Assembly (NCBI RefSeq): GCF_001194135.2
Contig: NC_068983.1
Location: 31,021,526 to 31,065,110, forward strand
Reading direction: 5' to 3'
DNA length: 43,585 nucleotides
From: Octopus bimaculoides
Lineage: Eukaryota
The notes below the pieces were generated by a model, which saw only the letters and a list, made by a program, of their open reading frames with translations, made no database searches and was not told the origin of the DNA. Within the stretch, counting starts at the first letter, position 1, and each line of letters opens with the position of its first letter. The translations under genes were made by a program, and so were the position numbers. Shown here piece by piece: positions 24,318 through 37,725 of this stretch.

Positions 24318-26979
24318 GGAGACAGACAGACAAAGAACGCTTTTCTAGTAACTGACTAGTGGTTGTGATGCAGCTAAAATCAAACTGCTCCCGAAACTTT
24401 CATCGCTCATCTTCGGCTAAGAAATTCGACGACTTCAACAACCCATTATCATTGCTGACACATACATCTCGCACTGACACACACAAACTGACTCACTTGG
24501 TGTAAATATTTCTTTCGTCGTCGCTGCAACGACAGCAATTTTTTGATAACGATAAATATATTTGTTTTTGGATTTTGCACAAATTTTTGTTTTGTCAACC
24601 AACCAAATATTATACCATTACATAAAAACACAAACGGGCACAAATACGCCCGCGTGCACGCACGCACGCACACATGCATACATACGTACATACATACATA
24701 CAAACCCGTGTACACACACACACACACACACGTACGTACGCGCACACACGCACACACTCACACACAAGTCCAAAATTAATGGTGAATGTCATGGAATAGA
24801 CAAAGTGAAACAAGGTGTAACTATTAGTTTAACTTTCAGCAAGAGATTAAGAAAGTTGACGTGTGTGACATTCCAGGATGATGTTCAAAGTTATTTCAAC
24901 GAAAGAGAACGAGTACAGGAAAGAAAGGAAAAGGTGGTGGGTATAGTGTAAGACATGAAGATACATGTAAGGATTAAGGACTTCAATACAGCAATAACAT
25001 CAGAAGCAAACAAAACAATCATTCTTTTGATAGTACTGCCTTTGCTTTGCGATTCGTTCTTAGAGTAAGTTATACTCCTTGAGTTAAACATCTTGATCAA
25101 TATGTACCACTGACTTCTTGGCTGCTTGTTCTACCCACTCTTCATTCAACCTTTCATGCATTCCCAATATTTATTTATGATACTAACACAACACCTAATA
25201 TGTTTTATTGCACTTTTTCCATTTTCTTTTGATTTTTCAGATTTGTCATTTGAAAATCCCCTGGAATTTTCATTGACAAATGTTTATGGAAGCCATGTTC
25301 TCATAAATGCTGCTAAAGATCTGAATATAAAATTATTTTTCCACATGAGCACAGATGAAATATATGGTGGTGCACATAATGAAGTGAGTTTTTTGACATT
25401 AATATTAATTAAAAGTGATCATAATTATTAATTCAACAGATTTAAGTTAATTCAGAAATAAAACAACAGGCTTGAAATTCTGCTACATCTTTTTTCTTTT
25501 GTCTTATAAAATCAGTCTCATGAATAATGTTGCAATCAGAACAAATATCGTTGTTGAATCAAGAGGATACACAAGCATGGTTTCCTGTAGAATGTTATAC
25601 ACGTTTCATAAAACATGTTTACAAATTAAAATCTAAATTTAGCAAATCCATTAACATTGGAATTGTTCAGTGTTACTGAACTGAAGACTTCAGTAAAAAG
25701 AGAAAAAAACATTAATTTCATTGTGTTCTCACAGATTATTACGAAATATGCATATTTAGTAAAATCACATTACTCAGAAAACTTTCAAAGAGAAAAGTCA
25801 GGAATCTCTGAAAACCAGCTTTATCTTGAGAATAAAATGAACAGAATCCTTCTTTGAATAGAATATTGCTAAAAGCTCGAAACACTTTGGGTCAATTTCC
25901 TTGTCATTACATAACGTTTTCAAAAATTATTCATGACACATGCCAAATCCAATGGCAAATTGGGCCAAGATGATTAAGAAACTCTGGTCTGAGGCTAAAT
26001 TCCAGTGTGATAGTAGCAATTCTGTAAATCCACAAAGAAGTTGAAGTCACTATTATGAGTTGGAAATGCACTTATCAATTGGGTAGTGTTGTCACCATGA
26101 AGAGCAGTGAGATGAAAGCTGTTGTACCTGCTTATATCAAGGAAGACAAGGTAATTTGAAAGTGAGATATCTTGGACATGGACATGATACAATATCAGTA
26201 ATATGATTCAAGCTATAAACTTTATTGTTGATTATCCAGTACCCTATCCCATTAGTCATCCATGTCCTCATACTTATACATACACAACCAAAACTTTAAG
26301 ATTTTACTTCTCTCAGAGTATTACTCTCAATTTTTGGGTGTATATTTGCAATATTTTTAGTTTACTGCATTTCAAATAAAATTAGTAAGGTTAACATTAC
26401 ATGAAAATGGATTGATATCATCAAGTACCAAACAAATTGTCTTGCAATATTTACCTAGCAGTTCGTTGTCCAAATTCCATTTTGCATTTCAGTATTATTT
26501 TGCATTTCAGTATTATTATGTCAATAAAATGAAGTTAAATCAAATATTAAGGTTAATATATATATAATATATTATAGTATCCCTTAAAATGGGAGGCTTT
26601 GTTTCTGTTAGAAATTACATTGAATGTAAGCTAATCGAAATATTTTCTTCTTATATTTATTACAAGATATGTTGTGAGGAAAGTTGCTTCCAACCAAGCA
26701 ATCCATACGCTGCAACTAAAGCTGCAGCAGAGTGCATTGTGATGTCATACTGGAGAACTTACAAGGTAAAAAACTTTTTTTTTTCTATTGTGTATATTTG
26801 TTGATATTGGGGGTGTTCAGCTTCATCTGAAACCATCACCAACAATTTTCCTTGGCACAGACACGGCTGCATGGTTAAGAAGTTGTCTTTACAACTACAT
26901 GGCACAACTAAAAAAAAAGAGATGACAAAGGAATAAACGATTATCTTATGAACTTACGTTCATAAGATAATTGTTTTCT

Positions 26980-27038
<59 letters not shown>

Positions 27039-30000
27039 NNNNNNNNNNNNNNNNNNNNNNNNNNNNNNNNNNNNNNNNNNNNNNNNNNNNNNNNNNNNNN
27101 NNNNNNNNNNNNNNNNNNNNNNNNNNNNNNNNNNNNNNNNNNNNNNNNNNNNNNNNNNNNNNNNNNNNNNNNNNNNNNNNNNNNNNNNNNNNNNNNNNNN
27201 NNNNNNNNNNNNNNNNNNNNNNNNNNNNNNNNNNNNNNNNNNNNNNNNNNNNNNNNNNNNNNNNNNNNNNNNTATCATCATCATCATCATCGTTTAACGT
27301 CCGCTTTCCATGCTAGCATGTGTTGGACGGTTTGATTGAGAGCTGGCAAGCCAGAAGGCTGCACCAGGCTCCAATCTGATCTGGCAGAGTTTCTACAGCT
27401 GGATGCCCTTCCTAACGCCAACCACTCCAAGATTGTAGTAGGTGCTTTTACGTGCCACCGGCACGAGTGCTAGTCTGTCAGTACTGACAACAGTCATGCT
27501 CAAATGGTGTTTTTTACATGCCAGCTGCACAAGAGTCAGTCCAGCGGCACTGGCAACGCTTTCCATGCTAGAATGGGTTGGACGACTTGACTGAGGACTC
27601 CAATCTGATTTGGCAGAGTTTCTACAGCTGGATGCCCTTCCTAACGCCAACCATTCCGAGAGTGTAGTGGGTGTTTTACGTGCCACCGGCACGAAGGCCA
27701 GTCAGGCGGTACTGGCGACGGCCACGCTCGAAATGGTGTATTTTACGTGCCACCTGCACAGGAGCCAGTTCGGTGGCACTGGCAACGATCCCGCACGAAT
27801 GTCTTTTCATGTGCCACTGGCACAAGTGCCAGGAAGGCGACGTTGGTAACGATCACGCTGGTGCTATTTACGTGCCACCGGCACGGAAGTCAGACAGCTG
27901 CTCTGGCAACGATCGCGTTCAGACAGTGCTCTTAGTGCTCCACTGGTACAGGTGCCATCACGATTTCGCTTTCGCTTGCCCCAACAGGTCTTCGCAAGCC
28001 GAGTTTAGTGTTCCTACAAATTTAGTTCGATCCCCATTTCACTTGCCTCACCATGTCTTCGCAAGCGAAGTTTAGTGTCCAATGAAGGAATGTTACGCGT
28101 AAGCGGGCTGGCTACATCCCTGGCAGAGGCCTTGGATTTTGGTCTCACTTCGCTTGCCGGGTCTTCTCACGCACAGGATATTTCCAAAAGTCTTCTTGGC
28201 ACCAGTGACGTCACAACTCATTCTACAGCTGAGTGAACTGGAGCAATACACTACATGCCTTTGCATATATATATATCCATTTTTTGTTCGTGACACTGTA
28301 GCATTTGAAACTGTTTGGCTTAAGTTGAAACGTGGATTACTGTGAAATTTTGATGCAACAGAAATCATTTACATAATTTTAAAAGGTTGTTTCATAGAAT
28401 GAAGGCTAGTCTTAAGCAGTTAGGTATCAAAAGGCATAACTTGCAGGCATTACAATGGTGTTTTCAGGAATTTACTACCTAAATCATTCGATGTGAGCCG
28501 GAGTTGTTTTGTTTATTTTTTCGCATTTGTCTCATAATTCTTAATTAAACAGTTTGGAATTTTCTAAATTATCCAAAAGCATCTCTACTTCCTTGCTGTA
28601 ACAGTAGTTAGTTGTTCTGTGTTTTAGATGAATATATATGTATATATATTACTGAGGTATAAATCAATGTCTCAATAATATATATACATATATATTCATC
28701 TAAACTATGCTAGTATGAAAAAACAAATGTAAAACAAACGAACATGATTGTTTCTCACCTACCCCCATAAATTATCTATGATCATAACTCTTTCCTGCTC
28801 CTTCACCTGCTGTTACCTGCAATTATGAATATTTCTCACTTTCCTTATTAACAGTTACCTGTGATTATGATCCGTGCCAACAACATATATGGACCTCACC
28901 AATACCCTGACAAGGTAAGTTAAAAATATTCCATCAACATTTAAGGTTACTTTAGTGTTTGTGCTTTCTTTTTGTGTTCATGTTACTGTTCTTTAGCTTC
29001 AAGTTAGCACTAATCAAGTAGATCCATGATGAAAGGCATTCTAGTAATGGTTATTCAGTTTAACGATCAGTTTATCATCGTTTAACGTCCGCTTTCCATG
29101 CTAGCATGGGTTGGACGATTTGACTGAGGACTGGTGAACCAGATGGTTACACCAGGCTCCAATCTGATTTGGCAGAGTTTCTACAGCTGGATGCACTTCC
29201 TAACGGCAATCACTCCAAGAGTGTAGTGGGTGCTTTTACATGCCACCGGCACGAAGGCCAGTCAGGCGGTAATGGCAACGGCCACGCTCGAAACGGTGTA
29301 TTCTATGTGCCACCTGCACAAGAGCCAGTCCAGCGGCACTGGCAACAATCTCGCTCGAAAGTCTTTACAGGTGCCATGGGCACAAGTGCCAGAAATGCGA
29401 CGCTGGGCACAGGTTTTCATCACGATTTCGCTTTCGCTTGCCCCAACAGGTCTTCGCAAGCCGAGTTTCGTGTCCAATGAAGGAGACGACGTCGTACATA
29501 ATAAGAATTATCACGATACAGCTATAATAAAAAGAAAACGATGCAAAATATTTAGTTAACTGAACCTAAAAACTACTGTTAGTCAGTGCTAATCTTAAAG
29601 AATGTAATTACATTAATTACGTTAGTACAGGCAGATATAAACCTTTCCACAAACCAAATGAGGACCCTTCCTACAACGTCTGGTGCTCTAACCATCTCCC
29701 ATCAATTAGTTAATAGCATTCATTAGTAAGCGTGTTTCCAAACTATCATCTGATGAAGCAACAATAAAAAGGCAGCGCCGTATTACAAAATCCAGATTTA
29801 GAAAATGCAATTTTCCTGTATGTATGTGTGTATGTGCATATAGATGTGGCGCGGGAGTGGCTGTGTGGTAAGTAGCTTTCTTACCAACCACATGGTTCTG
29901 GGTTCAGTCCCACTGTGTGGCACCTTGGGCATGTGTCTCTACTATAGCCTCGGGCCAACCAAAGCCTTGTGAGTGGATTTGGTAGACAGAAACTGAAAGA

Positions 30001-33000
30001 AGCCCGTCGTATATGTGTATATATGTATGTGTATGTGTATGTGTATGTGTGTGTATATGTTTGTGTGTCTGTGTTTGCCCCCCAACATCGCTTGACAACC
30101 GACGCTGGTGTGTTTATGCCCCCGTAACTTAGCGGTTCGGCAAAACAGACTGATAGAATAAGTACTAGGCTTCCAAAGAATAAGTCCTGGGGTCAATTTG
30201 CTCGACTAAAGGTGGTGCTCCAGCATGGCCGCAGTCAAATGACTGGAACAAGTAAAAGAGTAAAAGAGTATATGGATACTTGTAAATATTTATAAGACTA
30301 TTACATTGTTCTAATGTCTAACAACTGTCTGATGATCTGTTACATGAAACTCTGGGTTTCAGTGTCCCTGAACCTGAAACTATGTGGCTGGAAAGAGAAC
30401 TTATCAACTACTAATCTATGCCTGCACCAGTAAAGATAATCTGTATTGATAACCAATTCTGTCTCCCACACTATGGTATATAATATTTAAGTTAGTCTTC
30501 ATAAGGCTTATAAGACATGTCATAATTTTAGCAGGCCCATTTCTTGAATCACCACTTGCCAGTCACTTAAACTTTGTAATTGTATTTACAAGATACAAGC
30601 TGGTTTTCTGAGACTTTGGGGTGGGGAAGTATCCTTTATAAGCCATCAAATTATAGTAGATGCTGTCTCTCTAAAAATAAAAGTATTTAAGAAAGAATTT
30701 GTGAGAAAATGTTTTCAAACTTGTTTGCTTTTGATGTTTTGTCTAAGTTATTATTCCTTGTGTTGAAGCTAAACACAGATGTAATGTTTAATCATGTGTT
30801 TATTTCAAATAGGTTGTACCACGATTTATCTCTCTACTTCTGCAAAATGAAAAATGGTTAGTTGGATTTTTCTTTATATTTTCTTTATTGTTTAACCCTC
30901 ACTAAACAGACATTTGATCAGAGGCATTCTAGCCTTGAGAATCCTGCCTTCTTACTCAATAACTACGTTATCCAATGTACTGTTTGCTTTTTTAGACAGT
31001 AGGATGTGAGGGAGCTTTGGATGTAATTTCTAGCCAGTCAGTTGAACAACCACTTTGAGGTGCTCACAAAAATATTTTATCCAGGCCTGCACATATGTGT
31101 TAACCATACATCTACCTGCACAAGCATGTGCAAATGCATGATCAACATATAGTTCCTATAGCTATTGGCCCTACACATGATAGGACCTACCAACAAAAGC
31201 CCTATAAATATTGCTATATAAACTATTAATCAATATTCTTGAGATTTAGGTAAAAAAATACCCACAGGTTGGCTATAAATGAAAACTCAGGTGAAAAGTG
31301 CATTTTTAGACAGCAGCCATCCATCTTCTGCTAACAAAACCATTGGGTGCTGACACAGTAATTCATAAGTTATCAAAGGTGTGCTTATCTGGTAGTGACA
31401 GAGCAATCATCAGATACTGACACAGTGCTTCAACTAGTACCAAAAATGTAGTCATCAGGTACTATTAATGCAGTCACTATTTACTAACACAGTATGTCAT
31501 CAGGTACTTCTAACATGGTCACTGGTGCTGAAATAGTCATCAGGTGCTAACACAGTTACCAGGTGCCGACACAGTAGTTATGGGGGTACTAAGAAGGTGG
31601 ACATCAATTACTGCTACCACAGTCATCAGGTACTGATACAGTGATTTATTGGGTACTGAGAGAATAGACATCAAGTTCTACTAACTGTCATCAGGTACTG
31701 CTAACAGTAATTCATAATGTCCAGATAGAGCAGTTGCTCAACTGCTAACAAACCAGTCACCCAGTACTGACTTTGCTTAACTTAGGATTTAAAATAATTA
31801 TGAGATACCTGAAGGAGAAAAACCCATGCCCTTCTGTGTGCCAATAAACTCCACACCAAATTCACAACACTGGTTCAGTTCCTAGCTCAGCCATTTGATC
31901 TTATTTATAACTCATTTTTAACATTTCTAAATGTTTCAAATGAAAAGATTACTTACCCTCAACAATTTATAAATATAGTTAAGTTTTTCATTTGCTATGA
32001 AGAGTATGGCAGATTCTAACATTTTAAGCCTATTCCTTCCTTCCTTGTTTCTCTTTTCTTGATTCTTTGATAAGGACAAGATCTGAGATATCAGACTGTG
32101 CACTCCTCACAGCAAATAAAATCTTTACTTACTTTCAACTTTCCTATTGGTTGGTTCTTGTCAGTGTTTTGTTGGATTCCATATTTTACTCTATAGAAAA
32201 ATAACCATTAAACATATAAGTGACAAGTAGCTGTCAGATATTGTAATTATTGTTGAAACCCTGGTCAACTCTATCAAAGAGATTAATACCGGTCAAGCTA
32301 CAACCACCCCATATTTTATTCAAGCATACATATGTATCTAAAACTACGTCATTCAATTTGTTTTGTTCTTTAAGATGAGAGTGTGTAGTTTAAAGGAGAT
32401 TTTGCCAGCAGGTAAACTGCACATAGAGGCCTCTTAGTTTCCCTCTAATCAGACCCTAGAGTCTTAAAAAGTGCATGTTAGATAATGTAACACTGCATAT
32501 ACTATGTATTGAAAACTAGTGGGATGGTCACAACTTGGATGTCCTTCAATCAAGGCTGACTTGGGTGTTAAACAACACCAACCCTTCTGGTAAACAAAAT
32601 CTTTGACAGTGATCCAATGAATTAATAGTCTTAATAAGACTAAAAGAACACCTTCAATTTCCTTATTGAAATTGTTATATCAGACTTGATAAGAAAGAGA
32701 TAATCAATATTGTAGACCTGCTACCTGCTACCTTTGAAGCCCTTAAGTGCTGTATTCTGGAAGAAGTCAGGATTTTGCATAAATCTGGGGTTTTTTTATA
32801 TATATTTGCATTGTATTGTATTTATTTTAATGTTTAAATTTTTAATATGTCATGAAAATGTCAGTTTAGATTAATATTTATATTTTCATAAGTGTAATTG
32901 CATTTTCCATATATTTACTAAGATTGTCTTTTTAATGTAACCTTTTACACTTAACTTAATGTGGCCTTTCAGACATAAAAAAAAAGATCCATCCTCATAT

Positions 33001-34912
33001 TACATATTAAGCTATGTTATAGTAAGTGATCAACAATTGGTGGTTAGGTAAGCAGTCAAATGAAATACTAAACTATCTAAAAGTTATCTATTTATATTTC
33101 TCATTGTTTCTTTTCAGCACCATTCATGGAGATGGGCAAAAAGTACGAAATTTCATCAATGTCAGTGATATTGTCAATGCTATTGACACTCTTATCCATA
33201 AGGGTAAACATGGAGAAATTTACAACATTGGCAGTGAATTTTCAATTTCCATTCTAGAGCTGGCAAAACTTCTAGTAAAAAAAGTAAGTATTAATATATA
33301 TGTATGTTCTTGTTATTATCCATTGTTCAATAAAAATATAGATACGATGGCTATTACAGATTCTGGGTATTTAAAAAGAATTGTCTTCATAGCTGGCTCT
33401 CCTTTTTACTCTCCAAAGTGGAGTATGTTGTCAGCCAGGCAGACTTTGGCAAGTAGAGATTAGGTATTGTATCTAGTGACATAACACAATAGTTGCTACA
33501 AGCTTTGAACACATGAACATGTAATCACATTAACATCCTAGCTTCTGCGCTTCAGAGAAATTACTTTACATCAAAGCAATTTTAAGCATTTATTGGAATG
33601 CTAGGACATTTTAATCTTACAGTATACAAGACAGATCTCATTTACTAGTACAGGTGCACTGATAAAATGCACACAGTGCGCTTTGTAAAATGCTTAGTGA
33701 ATGACCCCCCAATCTAGTTGGGAGCTTGACAATCCCTTTTACATCCAATACACTCTGTAAAGTGACTAGTGATAAGAAATGCATACAAGTGTAGAAACTA
33801 AGACAAAACTAAAATGTACAAGTGTGATATGGCCCTCTGACATGTCTAAGAGGCAATAGGTTCAATAAAGAACTGTCTCATATCTTGGAAAGTGAATGTC
33901 AAATGATAATGATGTTGATGAAGGTGATAATATCAGTTCATAATTGTTACACCTTGTGTATATTTGCAAAACAACTGGCGAAACGACTAGCACAAGGATT
34001 GATTTGATAACATTAGTAGACATAAAAACTTAAGTAGCACAGGAATGTTGGTTGAGGATGATAATTAAATAATAAAGATGATGGAAAGGTAGGATTAGAT
34101 GAGTATTTGACAAAAATACCTGTTAATCATGGCTCTTTATTTTGTAAGTTCAAATCCTGCTAGGGTCAACTTTGCCTTTCCACCCACCAAGGATCAAAAG
34201 AAAAAATAATGTGAAGTTTTAATCGGTTAACTTGTTTTTTCCATATCCTTGAAACATCAAATGTCAAGAGTTTTTTGTATATATTTTTAATTATAGTAAA
34301 TGATTTTTGAATTTTTAGATTAAAAATGTTACCAGTGAAGATGCTATTATGGAACACATTGAATATGTAAAAGATCGAGTTTTTAATGATAATCAGTACA
34401 ATATTAATTTTAATAAAATACTTCAAACTGGATGGAAGACGGAAGTTCCCTGGCAAACTGGAATTGAAAAAACAAGTGAGTCTTTACTCTTATTGTTTTA
34501 CATGCATTTTTTTCTTGTGTTGACATGAATAGGATAGTTTTGCTTTGTTTTTGTTGGAACAATCATTTTTATATTGTTATGACATCTTTCATGCCATAAA
34601 CCGCTATTCTTTTTACATATTCCACACCAGCTAGATTAATTATGATTTTTACAAACAAACGGTGTTAATATCTTGGTTTTCTTACTTTTCTTTTCTTTCT
34701 TCTCATTCCACTTTTTTGATCAAGCTTCTTCACCTTTTTCTTACCATTTTTTCTCATGTTTTCTCATGGACCAGCGTACTAGTTTTCAAATAGGTCAAAC
34801 AGTATGCACTGAGCCTATAAGTAGCTCTTTTTAAATTGTGTATATTAAATGATATTTATCTTTCACTGGATAGAGTACTCTTTTTGTTGATCCAACATAC
34901 TACAGAACAATA

Positions 34913-34954
<42 letters not shown>

Positions 34955-35853
34955 NNNNNNNNNNNNNNNNNNNNNNNNNNNNNNNNNNNNNNNNNNNNNN
35001 NNNNNNNNNNNNNNNNNNNNNNNNNNNNNNNNNNNNNNNNNNNNNNNNNNNNNNNNNNNNNNNNNNNNNNNNNNNNNNNNNNNNNNNNNNNNNNNNNNNN
35101 NNNNNNNNNNNNNNNNNNNNNNNNNNNNNNNNNNNNNNNNNNNNNNNNNNNNNNNNNNNNNNNNNNNNNNNNNNNNNNNNNNNNNNNNNNNNNNNNNNNN
35201 NNNNNNNNNNNNNNNNNNNNNNNNNNNNNNNNNNNNNNNNNNNNNNNNNNNNNNNNNNNNNNNNNNNNNNNNNNNNNNNNNNNNNNNNNNNNNNNNNNNN
35301 NNNNNNNNNNNNNNNNNNNNNNNNNNNNNNNNNNNNNNNNNNNNNNNNNNNNNNNNNNNNNNNNNNNNNNNNNNNNNNNNNNNNNNNNNNNNNNNNNNNN
35401 NNNNNNNNNNNNNNNNNNNNNNNNNNNNNNNNNNNNNNNNNNNNNNNNNNNNNNNNNNNNNNNNNNNNNNNNNNNNNNNNNNNNNNNNNNNNNNNNNNNN
35501 NNNNNNNNNNNNNNNNNNNNNNNNNNNNNNNNNNNNNNNNNNNNNNNNNNNNNNNNNNNNNNNNNNNNNNNNNNNNNNNNNNNNNNNNNNNNNNNNNNNN
35601 NNNNNNNNNNNNNNNNNNNNNNNNNNNNNNNNNNNNNNNNNNNNNNNNNNNNNNNNNNNNNNNNNNNNNNNNNNNNNNNNNNNNNNNNNNNNNNNNNNNN
35701 NNNNNNNNNNNNNNNNNNNNNNNNNNNNNNNNNNNNNNNNNNNNNNNNNNNNNNNNNNNNNNNNNNNNNNNNNNNNNNNNNNNNNNNNNNNNNNNNNNNN
35801 NNNNNNNNNNNNNNNNNNNNNNNNNNNNNNNNNNNNNNNNNNNNNNNNNNNNN

Positions 35854-35892
<39 letters not shown>

Positions 35893-37684
35893 TACACACA
35901 TTCAATTAGAGGTTAAAATAGCCTCATTAAGGGATAGTAGTAATATCCAATGAATTACTGATTCATTGCCTAGTATTTTTTGTGAATATTAATAGCCATA
36001 AAATAATAGGTCTAAATATAAAACTTGGTTTATAAACATTCAAAAGAAAATTTAAAAAATGGAGATGTGAAATGTCTTGAGGGTTCACAAAAAGTCTTGT
36101 AAAGAAAACAATAAATCAAGAGGTACTACTTTTATATGATACCTTTCAAGTGGGACAAAAATAAAAGACATGCAGCATCCTTATCCAATATAATATATAC
36201 ATTGAAAGAAAGAGGAGCAAATAACTCCCACATAACATGGAGCGTCATTGTTAAAGCTAAACATCATACAGTTAACAGATAACATTTTAAATATTAGGGA
36301 TGAAACCTTCTCTCCCTGCATACACAAGCAATATTTCACACTCCGACACTTCAAAGAAGAATCACCTCCTATGCCACCAACCCCACCAGGATAGGTTCTT
36401 TTCCTGAATGGGAACATTGAATATACACAACACACAAACTCCACACATGGAAGAAACATAACACCTGCTGAATTCCCTTGGTATACAAACACACAAACAT
36501 CACATGTACTCAGAATATAATATAATATAATGCAAAGAAATTCACCATTCCAATGCAGTTTTTTTCCCCAAAAAGTCAAACCCAAGGGAGACAATCACTC
36601 AAAAGGTGTCATCCAAGAGTAGTACCCCTTGATTTATTGTTTTCTTTATGAGACTTATTGTGAACTCCTGAGAGATTACATGAGATGTTTTGTGTTTTCA
36701 TCCAAAATGGAGGCAAACACCATTCCTCCATATGATTGGCTTGAAAAATTATTAAGATTTTCAGACATTTTTCTTTACATGAAACTAATGGTAGCCTTAA
36801 TTAATAAAGCAATAAATGATTATCTTATGAACTTCGTTAGCTTACAGTTGTTTTTGCTATAAGATACAGTGGACTCATAGCTGAGTGCCTGAATAACACT
36901 TTGCTGTCACAGATTTTGATATTTCAAAATTAAGTGAAAAACCTTCAAATTTGATATATTGGTGTATATTTTGTGCTGAATACAATTTTGTGGTTTGTTT
37001 ATTCCAGGAAAAATGTTAGAAAAATGTTACAGAGGTTTAAAGTTTCATCATTTTTATCTGATTAGAAAACAGGGTTTGAAAGTTAGCATTTTATGCATAA
37101 TAGCTGTGTATCATAAAATGAAGATTATGTTTTAAACAAAATGAAAGCAATTTGTCATATAAAGAGAGAGAGGGAGAGCAGCATGCATGAGAGATAATGC
37201 ATATACAGAGAGAGAGAGTGATAAAAAGTGTGGTAAATATATAAAGGGAGGAAAAGGTGTAAAAGAGAGAGAGCTTGATGGTGACAAATAGTGACTGGGA
37301 GATTTGTCAATCTAAAAGCTATTCCTCACAACAAATTCTATTTTACTATTATCATTTATGGACAACCTTCTCTTTGAGATGTAGATTTTGAAAATTACAT
37401 TCGTTTTTCTTCAGGATGCACTACTTCAGAGCCTTTCAGGGCTAAACACACATGCATAATCATATACACTCTCATCCACATGTGGATCAGTGGTGATTTT
37501 TTTCCTCCGTCTTCCTTTTCTCTTGGACTTTCCTCCGTCTCCTGTTTCTGACGAAGAGCTTTGCTCAAAATGTAAAACTACCTTTCTTTCCTTCCTTGAG
37601 CATCTGCTAATACTTTGCATGTACCACGTCCTCACATTGTTGTTTTTTTTCATGTTGTGTTTGTTCTTTATTTTCTTTTTATTA

Positions 37685-37725
<41 letters not shown>

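Noticed and set aside
27440-27960. CRISPR-like repeat-spacer appearance
   Set aside because: Repeats are degenerate, spacers are related to each other, there are no cas genes, and the array sits in a multicopy retroelement in a eukaryotic intron.
29745-29790. Fourth hammerhead at ctgatgaag
   Set aside because: No downstream GAAA box or stem II on either strand.
36181-36594. 137 aa Cys-rich minus-strand ORF
   Set aside because: No motifs or splice support; better explained as the antisense of a decayed element on the + strand.
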